Positions 46,507-54,640 of a stretch of DNA of 64,000 nucleotides are shown in pieces. Source of the DNA: a virus. Below the pieces are notes generated by a model. It was not told where the DNA came from, did not search any database, and saw only the letters and a program-made list of their open reading frames with translations. Position 1 is the stretch's first letter. Each line of letters opens with the position of its first letter. A program made the position numbers and the translations under genes. The stretch lies in the IMG/VR virus record IMGVR_UViG_3300010399_000035, positions 21,036-85,035 of that record. The stretch is one strand, 5' to 3'.

Positions 46507-47310
46507 TCAATAACCTCTCAGTTGCTCTAGCCGCTGCGTGGCAAGCTCCAGCGGGATGCTACGCAACCGACCTACGGTCGTTGCGCTCTCCAACAACTCG
46601 ACGCTAGAAAGGCCTCCAAACCGCTCCAGCAGCACCAGATAGATGCCCACCCAGCCAGGGCCGTGGCCCGGTTCGGAGTCTTCGTGGCGGCGAGTTATGT
46701 TCTGTAGCTTGTACTCCCAGCGCGTCTGGAAGATGTGGGCCAGTTCGTGGATGGCAATCCACGGGCATAAGTCGCGGGGCGTGGAGTAGCGAATGAGATA
46801 GTCACCGCGAGCGATGGAGGTTCGGGCGTTCTTCAAGAATTCCACGCGGGGCGGCTTGATATCCAACTGGCGGCATATCTGGTAGGTTAGCTGCGTGGTG
46901 TAGGGCTCATCGAACTTGGTTGCCAGCGGAGTGGGTTTGATTGCTAACCGCTCCCAGGCATAGGCCTTGGCGCGTTGCGAATCGCGGGCGAGATAGAAGG
47001 ATGACTTCGGTACGAATCCTTCTGGTTGCCACCCAATGGCCGTCCACCACAGGAACTTGCCGCAGTTGGGGCACTTCTGGCAGAAGCGAGCGTAGTCGTC
47101 GGTGGAATCGTAGACCCGCTCCAGCCAATAGGTCAGCTGACCTTCGGGGTGCTTGCAGCGGGTGCAGTAGGTGTAGGTGACGCGGCCTTCCACGCCACGC
47201 CGCAGAATCATGAGGCGCTTAACCTCCGCGTAGGTGAGGTCTCTTGATTGTTCGCCCGGAGCTAGGAGGGGCTCTCCGGTACGCTGGTACTTCGATCGAT
47301 TGTTGCTCAT
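46507..47310 (-). CDS. SprT-like zinc metalloprotease domain protein
   Basis: IHELAH...GHGPGW; N-terminal CxxC pairs. Confidence 0.7.
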   Translation of the reverse strand: MSNNRSKYQRTGEPLLAPGEQSRDLTYAEVKRLMILRRGVEGRVTYTYCTRCKHPEGQLTYWLERVYDSTDDYARFCQKCPNCGKFLWWTAIGWQPEGFVPKSSFYLARDSQRAKAYAWERLAIKPTPLATKFDEPYTTQLTYQICRQLDIKPPRVEFLKNARTSIARGDYLIRYSTPRDLCPWIAIHELAHIFQTRWEYKLQNITRRHEDSEPGHGPGWVGIYLVLLERFGGLSSVELLESATTVGRLRSIPLELATQRLEQLRGY

Positions 47311-47356
47311 TGATATGAACCTTTCTTAATACGACTTGGAATGAACGACAAGAGAT

Positions 47357-47414
47357 AGTATAACTGATCGGTATGGGTTTGGGGGACTTTTCTGGGAATA
47401 TTTTGGATTTATTT
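47357..47414 (-). promoter_or_regulatory. Promoter family B copy
   Basis: Minus strand CCCCCAAACC...CCGATCAGTTATACT. Confidence 0.7.
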
Positions 47415-47675
47415 CCGTGCAGCCCGTCTACGCGCCTTGCGTGCTCGAGTGGCAGCAGTACGAAGTCGTGCCCGTTGGCGGGAGGGGCCGCTGCCATGCT
47501 TCGTGGTGGAGTAGTCGTGGCTGATGGAGTTCGGATCAGGGAACTTCACTATGCCTGCAGGCTTCGTATGGATGTCGGTGGGGAATTCGGGTTCTGGTTC
47601 TCCGTACTTCCGTTCGAAAGCACCCGGTACCATAGCTGCGGCGGCTAACATCAATGCGGCGTTCTTGCTTACCAT
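47409..47675 (-). CDS. Hypothetical protein with basic tail
   Basis: AAGGAG RBS. Confidence 0.55.
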   Translation of the reverse strand: MVSKNAALMLAAAAMVPGAFERKYGEPEPEFPTDIHTKPAGIVKFPDPNSISHDYSTTKHGSGPSRQRARLRTAATRARKARRRAARK

Positions 47676-47700
47676 TATATGCTCCTTTGAGGCGGGTTGA

Positions 47701-48063
47701 TTACGAAATCCTCCGCCAAATATCCTTGCTCACGTGAACGAACTCCATCCCGTTGATTACCATTGGGCATTGGTCCATCGGTTCCCACAGAGTGCAGCAC
47801 TCCTCGCCTACAGCGGCATCCTGCCAGCTGCGGAGTATCACATTATAACGGAGCTCCAGCAGAGTATACTGGATTTGGAAGTCCGGACCTTGGCCGGTGG
47901 TGTCGGTGATGGGGTAGACGCGAACGATGTATTCGCGGCCATCGTCGAGGCAACTCCATAGCTCGCGCTGCAAGGCGGAGCGCATGGAGTTCTCGGCGTA
48001 TTCGCGAGCGGACTCCTCGAATACGGACATTCTTAGGTCGAACCAGCCTGTACGTCTATTCAT
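47701..48063 (-). CDS. Hypothetical protein
   Basis: Operon packing. Confidence 0.55.
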   Translation of the reverse strand: MNRRTGWFDLRMSVFEESAREYAENSMRSALQRELWSCLDDGREYIVRVYPITDTTGQGPDFQIQYTLLELRYNVILRSWQDAAVGEECCTLWEPMDQCPMVINGMEFVHVSKDIWRRIS

Positions 48064-48259
48064 TTGAATCCTCCACGACTAAATCGGCCACGTGAACCGC
48101 ACTTGGATTAGCCTTGCAGTTATACTTGGCTGGCGGATCCGTATCCCAGCGAACCATGACCAGTCCTACCGAAGCAAACTCGTTGCTGTCGATCCGGCCA
48201 CCGCCGAGGAAGGCGTGCCGCACGCGCAAACCCACTTTACATTCGTTAGTTGTCATCAT
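48056..48259 (-). CDS. Hypothetical SH3-like protein
   Basis: KVGLRVRH...G.G pattern. Confidence 0.5.
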   Translation of the reverse strand: MMTTNECKVGLRVRHAFLGGGRIDSNEFASVGLVMVRWDTDPPAKYNCKANPSAVHVADLVVEDSNE

Positions 48260-48584
48260 CTATCGGCTCCCCATGTTCTAGTTCATCCTTGAACTTCGCT
48301 AGCCCTAGCATTAGCGCCCGGCATACTTCCTGGCCGCTATAGGCCCCAGCGGAGATCCTCTCCAGAAAAACAGGCTCCGGAATTCCCAAAGCCTCCGCCG
48401 TCCACATGGCGGCATCGAAGCCGTACCTTGGCAGCGCCTGGACGATGGCCTTCTGGCGGATGGGGTCGTCCCAGTCGCGTACCTTGTTCAGCGCCAGGTA
48501 GAGGTTGTGTTGGGCTTCTGGAGGCCACTCCGCGAGTAGAGCGGTTTGCTCTACGAACTGCTTGATTTGAAGGTGGTTCATCAT
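48246..48584 (-). CDS. Hypothetical protein
   Basis: Operon packing. Confidence 0.55.
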   Translation of the reverse strand: MMNHLQIKQFVEQTALLAEWPPEAQHNLYLALNKVRDWDDPIRQKAIVQALPRYGFDAAMWTAEALGIPEPVFLERISAGAYSGQEVCRALMLGLAKFKDELEHGEPIDDDN

Positions 48585-48826
48585 AGTATTAGCCCAAGCG
48601 CGAAGTCGATGGATTCTTCATCGTGGATTGGGGCGGCGATGTCGAGTTCGGCCTCGTTCGGTTCGATGAGGGCTGGAGTGAAGATATAGCCGGTCTCGGC
48701 ACCAAGACTTTTGAAGACGAATACGATCTCCTCACCTTGTGGTCCGGTCATGTGGGTGCAGTTCATTGTGCTGTTGGCGACGAACCCACGCTTGGTGAGT
48801 TCGACCATGATTTCGTTTGGGTTCAT
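48581..48826 (-). CDS. Hypothetical protein
   Basis: AAGGA RBS before MNPNE. Confidence 0.55.
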   Translation of the reverse strand: MNPNEIMVELTKRGFVANSTMNCTHMTGPQGEEIVFVFKSLGAETGYIFTPALIEPNEAELDIAAPIHDEESIDFALGLIL

Positions 48827-49170
48827 ACTACAGATTCCTTTTGGTGCATGTGGTCCCTCCACCAGTCCGGGTGGTCGTGTTTCCACTGAGTATACTCGGC
48901 GGAGCCTCTCCACCGTTCGAAAACGATCTGGGAGTTGAACGCTACTCGGTTACGGAAGGCTCCAGCTACCAGAGTTGGCTCGCGACGGCAAATTACGTAC
49001 CACTTGCCTTCCAACTCGTCCAGTATGCTACTGGAAGCTTCTCTGGAGCGAACTTGGCGGGCGACCTTCAACTGGCCGAACTCTTCCCACAGCATATCGA
49101 GAATACGACTAGCAGCTACGTCGCTGCGATCGTTCGCAATATAGTAGTCGAGGTATTCCTTCGCTTTCAT
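48823..49170 (-). CDS. Hypothetical protein
   Basis: ATGA overlaps on both sides. Confidence 0.55.
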   Translation of the reverse strand: MKAKEYLDYYIANDRSDVAASRILDMLWEEFGQLKVARQVRSREASSSILDELEGKWYVICRREPTLVAGAFRNRVAFNSQIVFERWRGSAEYTQWKHDHPDWWRDHMHQKESVV

Positions 49171-49712
49171 TGCTGCTCCATTCGCCGCTTGTTGGCGTTG
49201 TATTCCTTCAACTTCCGCGACTGTTCGGCGCGTTGCTCCGGCGTCCACGGACGGGCGTATTTGCTGCGTGGCTTCGCTTGGAGCGAAGGCGGAGTAGTAG
49301 CCGGTTGGTTCAGTTCAGTGATCAGTCGGTTCGTGCTATCCAAGTGTCGCTCTACTTCATCGCGGTGAAGCATGTAGAGGCAGCCGCGTAGAGCCTTGAA
49401 CTCCGTAGTATTTTCAGCTATGGTTCGGATAAGGTCGGCTTGGGCCTCCGCGTTCAGTACCATTGCTGTGGAGACATCTTGGAGTTGCCGGAGCAAGGCC
49501 TGATGTTGGGTGGTTTGCTCGGCGCGAAGTTGGCGATCGGCGGCTTGCTGCTGGTCGTCCAACGCCTCGAGCAAGTTAGATAGCTTGGCGGAGATGCCTT
49601 GCTGGGAGACCAAGTGGCGAATGGCGAGCTCGGCGATGCCGTTGGCATCGGAGGCGTCTTCGCCAAGTTGGTAGACAAGATTGGGGCGGGAGGGGGAGTA
49701 TTTGTTGCTCAT
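49167..49712 (-). CDS. Coiled-coil hypothetical protein
   Basis: C-terminal WTPEQRAEQSRKLK motif. Confidence 0.55.
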   Translation of the reverse strand: MSNKYSPSRPNLVYQLGEDASDANGIAELAIRHLVSQQGISAKLSNLLEALDDQQQAADRQLRAEQTTQHQALLRQLQDVSTAMVLNAEAQADLIRTIAENTTEFKALRGCLYMLHRDEVERHLDSTNRLITELNQPATTPPSLQAKPRSKYARPWTPEQRAEQSRKLKEYNANKRRMEQQ

Positions 49713-49758
49713 GGTGGGGTGGAATTCTTGTTTAAATGGCTTTCTACGGCCGATCGTA

Positions 49759-49786
49759 GGGGAGCGGGGCAACGGCCCCGCTCCCC
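49759..49786. terminator. GC-rich stem-loop, possible terminator or processing site
   Basis: GGGGAGCGGGGC-AACG-GCCCCGCTCCCC. Confidence 0.5.
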
Positions 49787-49796
49787 AATTCAAGTG

Positions 49797-50831
49797 CTAG
49801 CTCGCGGCCTCCGCGAAGAACTGATCCAACGCGCGACCACTCAGCGAACAATCCACCAGCAACTCCGGAGCAATGTGGCCTTCGTAGCGCATGGGGTGGC
49901 GGCGGGATTTCTTGGTAGGTTTGGGCGCGGGAGCGCGTTGAATGGCAGGCTTCGCGGCACGCCCACGCGGAGCATCCGCTCCAGAAGATGGGCCATCAGT
50001 ATTCAACTTCGCCACGATCTGACGGCGGATTTCTACACGATCGGGCGCATGCTCGTACACAGGGTAGGAATTCAATACGTTCTGAACTTCCCGCTGAATC
50101 TCGGCTTCGGTTGGAATCAAGGGCAACGGATCGCTGAGATCGATCGCCGGGATCTCCACAGCCATCGCCCCACCATGTTGCGGGTGGGGCAAGCCGTAGT
50201 GCTCGGCGCAGATCGGGCCGTAGCCAACTTCCACGGAACCTTCCTCTTCGAGCGTCCGGCCGCAGAAGCAACAGGCACCCAACAGACGGCCATACTCGGC
50301 GGCAACTTGCACCGGATTGACGGCGAAGCGAAGCACAACTTCGCGAATAGCGGGCGACATAGCCTTACCTTCCACCAGACGGCCATCCGGGTCAATGCGT
50401 CCGAACCAGGTACGGTCTTCGTATGAACCGGACGAGACAACCGAGAGGGATTGGGGGTGCTTGCTAGCCGAAGTGTTCGGCAGAATGCGGAAGTCTACCA
50501 CTTCGCCAGTGGGGGCGGTGGCTTGCAGCCGAACCTTGGGCCGCTTGAGGGCCTTGGCAGCGGTGGCGAACAGTTCGTAGATCTTGGCGACTTCGGCTAT
50601 CGATTCCGACGACCGCTGCGCGCCCGTCGCCAACGAATCCATCGCCAGCTTGTGCACCCACCACCATTGCTCGCTGCTCAGCGAACCCTTGGCGGTGAAA
50701 TCCGCTACCAACTTCGCGGCGAAGGAGTCGGGCTTGCCTTCGGCCAACCCAACCAATTCCTCCATTGCTTCCCGGTACGTAAACGGCGATTCCAACGTTC
50801 CCCGCTTGCCTGCTACACGATTCCGAATCAT
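49797..50831 (-). CDS. DUF6011-like Zn-finger protein
   Basis: YGRLLGACCFCGRTL...SVEVGYGPICA. Confidence 0.7.
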   Translation of the reverse strand: MIRNRVAGKRGTLESPFTYREAMEELVGLAEGKPDSFAAKLVADFTAKGSLSSEQWWWVHKLAMDSLATGAQRSSESIAEVAKIYELFATAAKALKRPKVRLQATAPTGEVVDFRILPNTSASKHPQSLSVVSSGSYEDRTWFGRIDPDGRLVEGKAMSPAIREVVLRFAVNPVQVAAEYGRLLGACCFCGRTLEEEGSVEVGYGPICAEHYGLPHPQHGGAMAVEIPAIDLSDPLPLIPTEAEIQREVQNVLNSYPVYEHAPDRVEIRRQIVAKLNTDGPSSGADAPRGRAAKPAIQRAPAPKPTKKSRRHPMRYEGHIAPELLVDCSLSGRALDQFFAEAAS

Positions 50832-50863
50832 TTTCGTTGCTCCTTTTTGAACGGCTTACGATA

Positions 50864-50922
50864 AGTATAACTCATCGGAGAAGGTTTGGGGGGATTTTCA
50901 GCGAAAATAATTTAATTATTTT
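50864..50922 (-). promoter_or_regulatory. Promoter family B copy
   Basis: Minus strand CCCCCCAAACC...CCGATGAGTTATACT. Confidence 0.7.
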
Positions 50923-50968
50923 CCAAGAAAATAGGGGAGCGCCATACGGGCCGCTCCCCAATTAAATC

Positions 50969-51292
50969 CTACAACCCCGCAGCTTCCTCAATGAACGCAT
51001 TGCGTTCGTCCAGGGCTGGGGCGTAGGGGTTGCCCGCCTCGGCGAGTTCGTCCACCTTCGCCGCGAAGAACTGGTGCAGCAAGCGGCACATCTCGACGTC
51101 GCCGATTTCGTCGTACAGCTTTTGGTAGGTAGCGAAGGTTTTCGCTTCCATGATTACTTGGGATACAAGTTCGTTGTAGCGTGGATTTACCACGTTCAGC
51201 TGCAGTTTGATAATCCATGGTACGTCTTCAGGGTAATGTGCTTTGATGGTATCGTAGCAGCGTTGCTCGTCGGGAGTTTGCGGACCTATCAT
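50969..51292 (-). CDS. Hypothetical protein
   Basis: GGAGG RBS. Confidence 0.6.
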   Translation of the reverse strand: MIGPQTPDEQRCYDTIKAHYPEDVPWIIKLQLNVVNPRYNELVSQVIMEAKTFATYQKLYDEIGDVEMCRLLHQFFAAKVDELAEAGNPYAPALDERNAFIEEAAGL

Positions 51293-51579
51293 GAATCCTC
51301 CTCGGTTTCCGGCAGTTCCAGCCCAGAGAAGGGCGAACGGAAACCTACAGACAGAATGCGCTTCTTGACTTCGGGGTTGGAGTTGGGGTCGTCTACGGGG
51401 CCGCTAGAAATCCGTTCCACCAGCAAGTTGCGGTGGTACATTTCGTCGGCGGTTTTCTTGCGGGGTGCGGGGTAGGCCACTTTCAGCGGCTGGTGGAGCG
51501 GGGTCCAGGAATAGGGCGCGAAGTCCGTTTTGCGACGACGAACTTGCGATGGGGGGGTGGGGATGGCTTGGCGCGGCAT
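51289..51579 (-). CDS. Hypothetical protein
   Basis: AAGGAG RBS; downstream of a promoter. Confidence 0.55.
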   Translation of the reverse strand: MPRQAIPTPPSQVRRRKTDFAPYSWTPLHQPLKVAYPAPRKKTADEMYHRNLLVERISSGPVDDPNSNPEVKKRILSVGFRSPFSGLELPETEEDS

Positions 51580-51614
51580 AGGTTTCTCCTTTGGGTCTTA
51601 ACGGCTTACCTTAA

Positions 51615-51674
51615 AGTATAAACGATCGGAGCGGGTTTGGGGGCCTTTTCAGGGAGAAATTTAGAAAATAATTT
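51615..51674 (-). promoter_or_regulatory. Promoter family B copy
   Basis: Minus strand GAAAAGGCCCCCAAACC...CCGATCGTTTATACT. Confidence 0.7.
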
Positions 51675-51889
51675 GAGGGCAGGAGCCGCAGCCCCTACCC
51701 CCCAAAGCACCACACCAACTAAACATTGCGCCCCAACACGGCTCGCTATTCGCGAAGGACTCTGTCCAGAGGATGGGCCAGCCATTTAAAGGCCTCTAGC
51801 AGCCGATTTAAAGCGACTTTATCATGGTAGGCCGCAAGGGTCCGCCCCGTCGAAAATCGTTTTCGTGGGCGGGTGTGGCTTGGTTGGTT

Positions 51890-52861
51890 TTAACTCGTAT
51901 CGCCCAACAACCACTCCTTGACGTCTTCGTAGTTGTCGGAAATGGCGAGCAGGGTTTCCTTTGCCTCGTCCTCTTCGTTCATGTCGTCGGCCCACTGGTT
52001 CTCGTCGCGGAGGGAGAGGACTTCAGCGGTGATTAGGTCTGCCAGGTTGCTGGGAGCCATCGCATCCAACTCCCACGATTCCTCGCCGAACTCGTCTATG
52101 TAGGCACCTGCGCGAGGATCCGTCACTTTGGCCGGATCCGGCGGCAAGCTATATAACTCAACCTGATCCATATTGAGCGCGATGCGCCGAACGGAGATAT
52201 CTCTCCCAGAAAAGAGGGCCAATCGATCATCGATGTCCCGCGTCATGTCTTTGCCGGATGGGTCGTGGTCGCCAAGGTGGATGACGACTGGTTTACGGTC
52301 GTTAGTGTCCGCCGCCTTCCGCAGCCTTTGTCCAGCTCCCCAAAGTTCCGAAGACGAAGTGTACCCGCGACAGGAGAAGTGGGGTACGTCCAGTGGTTGG
52401 CAGGCTTGCTCCACGATGCCGATTAAGGCATCCTTCTCGACCCATACCTCTACGTAGTAAGGTTGGAGTAGCCATTTATCAAGCCGGAACTGATCCGCTA
52501 CAGCACCTAGGATATCGCTGGGAGAATCCCAGTGTGGCAAGTTGCGCAAGTTCCTGGTGCGATCCGTAATGTGCGTCCAGTCTAGCAAACCGCCGTAGCG
52601 GGCCTCATTCAAGATACCACCAAGCTTCTTGTAGTTCTTCATGGTGTTCTTGGTGTCGGGTGATAGACCGTTGCGACGGTTATATACCGGATCTATCCAA
52701 GAGTCTGGGAAATAGTCGTGCGCGATGAACTGGTAGTATAGCTGGCGGAGGGTAAGGTCGTAGCCCAACGCATGCCATTCGCGAATGATGGCATTCGCCT
52801 GCTCGATGATGGCCAGCTTCTCTGGACGGAATTTGATGTAGCGGTAGGCAATGCGGGGCAT
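51890..52861 (-). CDS. Topo VI-A / DUF2399-like Toprim protein
   Basis: TLRQLYYQ, EVWVEKDAL, RGY, HLGDHDPSG, WELDA. Confidence 0.75.
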   Translation of the reverse strand: MPRIAYRYIKFRPEKLAIIEQANAIIREWHALGYDLTLRQLYYQFIAHDYFPDSWIDPVYNRRNGLSPDTKNTMKNYKKLGGILNEARYGGLLDWTHITDRTRNLRNLPHWDSPSDILGAVADQFRLDKWLLQPYYVEVWVEKDALIGIVEQACQPLDVPHFSCRGYTSSSELWGAGQRLRKAADTNDRKPVVIHLGDHDPSGKDMTRDIDDRLALFSGRDISVRRIALNMDQVELYSLPPDPAKVTDPRAGAYIDEFGEESWELDAMAPSNLADLITAEVLSLRDENQWADDMNEEDEAKETLLAISDNYEDVKEWLLGDTS

Positions 52862-52872
52862 ATGTACTCCAG

Positions 52873-53106
52873 CTATTCCGTATAGTCATCCACGATTGCT
52901 CGGATTTCGAATGCCTGGAGCGGCGTGGCCAGCGTTAGCGAACACATGCTTAGTTGGAAGACCAGCGCATCGTAGTCTTGGTGCTCGCGGCAGAGACATT
53001 CGAACTCAGATAGTGCATTGTTGTCGTGGTTGTACTTCGCTACCAACAACTGTTCGTCGGAGCCGTTGAACGAGTAGTAGATCAAGTTGCCTTCGCGAAT
53101 GAACAT
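52873..53106 (-). CDS. Hypothetical protein
   Basis: GAGG RBS; TAATG overlap. Confidence 0.55.
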   Translation of the reverse strand: MFIREGNLIYYSFNGSDEQLLVAKYNHDNNALSEFECLCREHQDYDALVFQLSMCSLTLATPLQAFEIRAIVDDYTE

Positions 53107-53312
53107 TAGTCCTCCTCATCCCCTTCCCGTTTCACGGTCCGATCGATCGAAATCACGACCGTTGCTCCATTCTCGTCCGCAACCCTCAACCAATTGCGGC
53201 CAACGGTGCGAACGATGCCGCGTTGCGGGGTGGTGTTTCCGTGTCCGTTTTCGTACTGTACGATGTCGTACTCGTTGAAGTCGGCGGCTGTGGGTAAGTT
53301 GGATTTAGACAT
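53106..53312 (-). CDS. Hypothetical protein
   Basis: GGAGG RBS. Confidence 0.55.
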   Translation of the reverse strand: MSKSNLPTAADFNEYDIVQYENGHGNTTPQRGIVRTVGRNWLRVADENGATVVISIDRTVKREGDEED

Positions 53313-53504
53313 TTATCCCTCCAAACTCTTGATGCGAACGTCGCGGTCGCCGCTATCGCCCGGCAGGATGGACAAGTAGGTCTCGATCCGATCCTTGATC
53401 ACGTAGCGGAGAATGCCTCCGGGCGACACGTGCTGGCGAACGGATTCCTCCGCCAGCGTGACTGCGGAGGGCTCGTCGATTTCGACTTCGAAGGTGATTT
53501 TCAT
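53313..53504 (-). CDS. Small protein, possibly ribbon-helix-helix
   Basis: MKITFEVEID strand followed by two helices; AAGGAG RBS. Confidence 0.5.
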   Translation of the reverse strand: MKITFEVEIDEPSAVTLAEESVRQHVSPGGILRYVIKDRIETYLSILPGDSGDRDVRIKSLEG

Positions 53505-53593
53505 ACGTGGACTCCTTTTAACGGCTTTGTTTGCATCCCGCCAGGACGGCGGCTGGGGTGATCGCACCACCCCACGCACGGTTTACGCCGATG

Positions 53594-53776
53594 CTAAATT
53601 GCAATCAACTTTGAGATCGCTGTGTCCAGCAAGTCAAGATTGAAGTATGCGATTTCCTCTTCTTCGGTATTCGCAAAGGAGGCGGGCTTCATAGCCAGAT
53701 CTACCTCTTCTTCTATCGACAGAGCCTTGAGTTGCATCGCCAAAGCCTTTATTTTCGCTAGCCGATCATCGGTCAT
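53594..53776 (-). CDS. Small hypothetical protein
   Basis: First gene after a promoter; motif A lies over its ribosome-binding region. Confidence 0.55.
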   Translation of the reverse strand: MTDDRLAKIKALAMQLKALSIEEEVDLAMKPASFANTEEEEIAYFNLDLLDTAISKLIAI

Positions 53777-53821
53777 TGGATCTCTCCCAGAAGATGGCGC
53801 TACATTCTGCCACCACTAAGT

Positions 53822-53880
53822 ATTATAACCGATCCGTATGCCTTTGGGGGCCTTTTCCACGAACAATTTCGAAAATATTA
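53822..53880 (-). promoter_or_regulatory. Promoter family B copy
   Basis: Minus strand GAAAAGGCCCCCAAAG...GGATCGGTTATAAT. Confidence 0.7.
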
Positions 53881-54105
53881 TTCGAGCTCTTTCAGCCCTA
53901 CCAGCTTGTCGTCATCGTTGATCGTCAGGTATCTATACTCGCCCCACTTTAATCCATGCCAGCCGCTACTTCCTACCGTCTTGGATTCCAAGCGAACGTA
54001 CCGCTCGTTCAGCTTCAGCCGTTTGTTAGCCTTATATAGGTGGTTGTTTTGGCCGACGATCCAGCCACGAGCGGTAGCCCATTCGACTAGCGATTGTTTG
54101 GTCAT
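53878..54105 (-). CDS. Small basic protein (paralog of 45321-45551)
   Basis: GGAGG RBS. Confidence 0.6.
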   Translation of the reverse strand: MTKQSLVEWATARGWIVGQNNHLYKANKRLKLNERYVRLESKTVGSSGWHGLKWGEYRYLTINDDDKLVGLKELE

Positions 54106-54123
54106 ATCCCCTCCAAGTACCAA

Positions 54124-54354
54124 TTATATGCCGTTTATAGCATCTTCGATCTCGCGTTTGCTGAAGACAGGTTCCGGTTGGTTGGTACCTTCGTCGTTGG
54201 TGTAGTAGGTTACGAAGATATATGCTTCGTTGTCCATTTCAACCAGGACGATGATGTCGCCTTCGTCGTTGGAGAGCACTTGTGCGGTGGAGCCATCGGT
54301 GGTGGGAGTGTAGCCAAGGGTGGCTAGGTGGGCGGAGGCTGCGGGGACGTTCAT
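54124..54354 (-). CDS. Hypothetical protein
   Basis: AAGGA RBS. Confidence 0.55.
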   Translation of the reverse strand: MNVPAASAHLATLGYTPTTDGSTAQVLSNDEGDIIVLVEMDNEAYIFVTYYTNDEGTNQPEPVFSKREIEDAINGI

Positions 54355-54390
54355 TTGGTTCCTTATAATGAGGTAGATATTGATGGGGTA

Positions 54391-54566
54391 GCAAGGCTGG
54401 TTGACCTACTAAATGCATCATCGCAAACTCAAGGTTTGCTCCGCCTTTTCAGTCTCAGCCAGATTCGTACAAATCAGCGGTCCCATATTGCAGGACTTGA
54501 AGACTACGTCGGGGCCATGCCAGGGTCAGTTGCGCAGCGGACGCAACCTTCTGGAACCAGCCTTGC
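54391..54566 (-). ncRNA. Candidate structured ncRNA (~176 nt)
   Basis: 12-bp closing helix plus nested helices and four hairpins; G-U pairs are compatible with the minus strand. Confidence 0.55.
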
Positions 54567-54570
54567 CTGA

Positions 54571-54631
54571 CAACAAGTGATGGATTCGAACCATCTTCCC
54601 TGTGGGGAGCGCCCGGATGCGCAACTTGTTG
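54571..54631 (-). ncRNA. Miniature tRNA-like element (61 nt, truncated anticodon arm)
   Basis: Acceptor-like stem CAACAAGT/ACTTGTTG; T arm GATGG-TTCGAAT-CCATC. Confidence 0.6.
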
Positions 54632-54640
54632 ATTCCTAGT

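Noticed and set aside
54571-54631. Canonical tRNA gene
   Set aside because: Only 61 nt, 4-nt anticodon loop, no encoded CCA; reported as a tRNA-like element instead.
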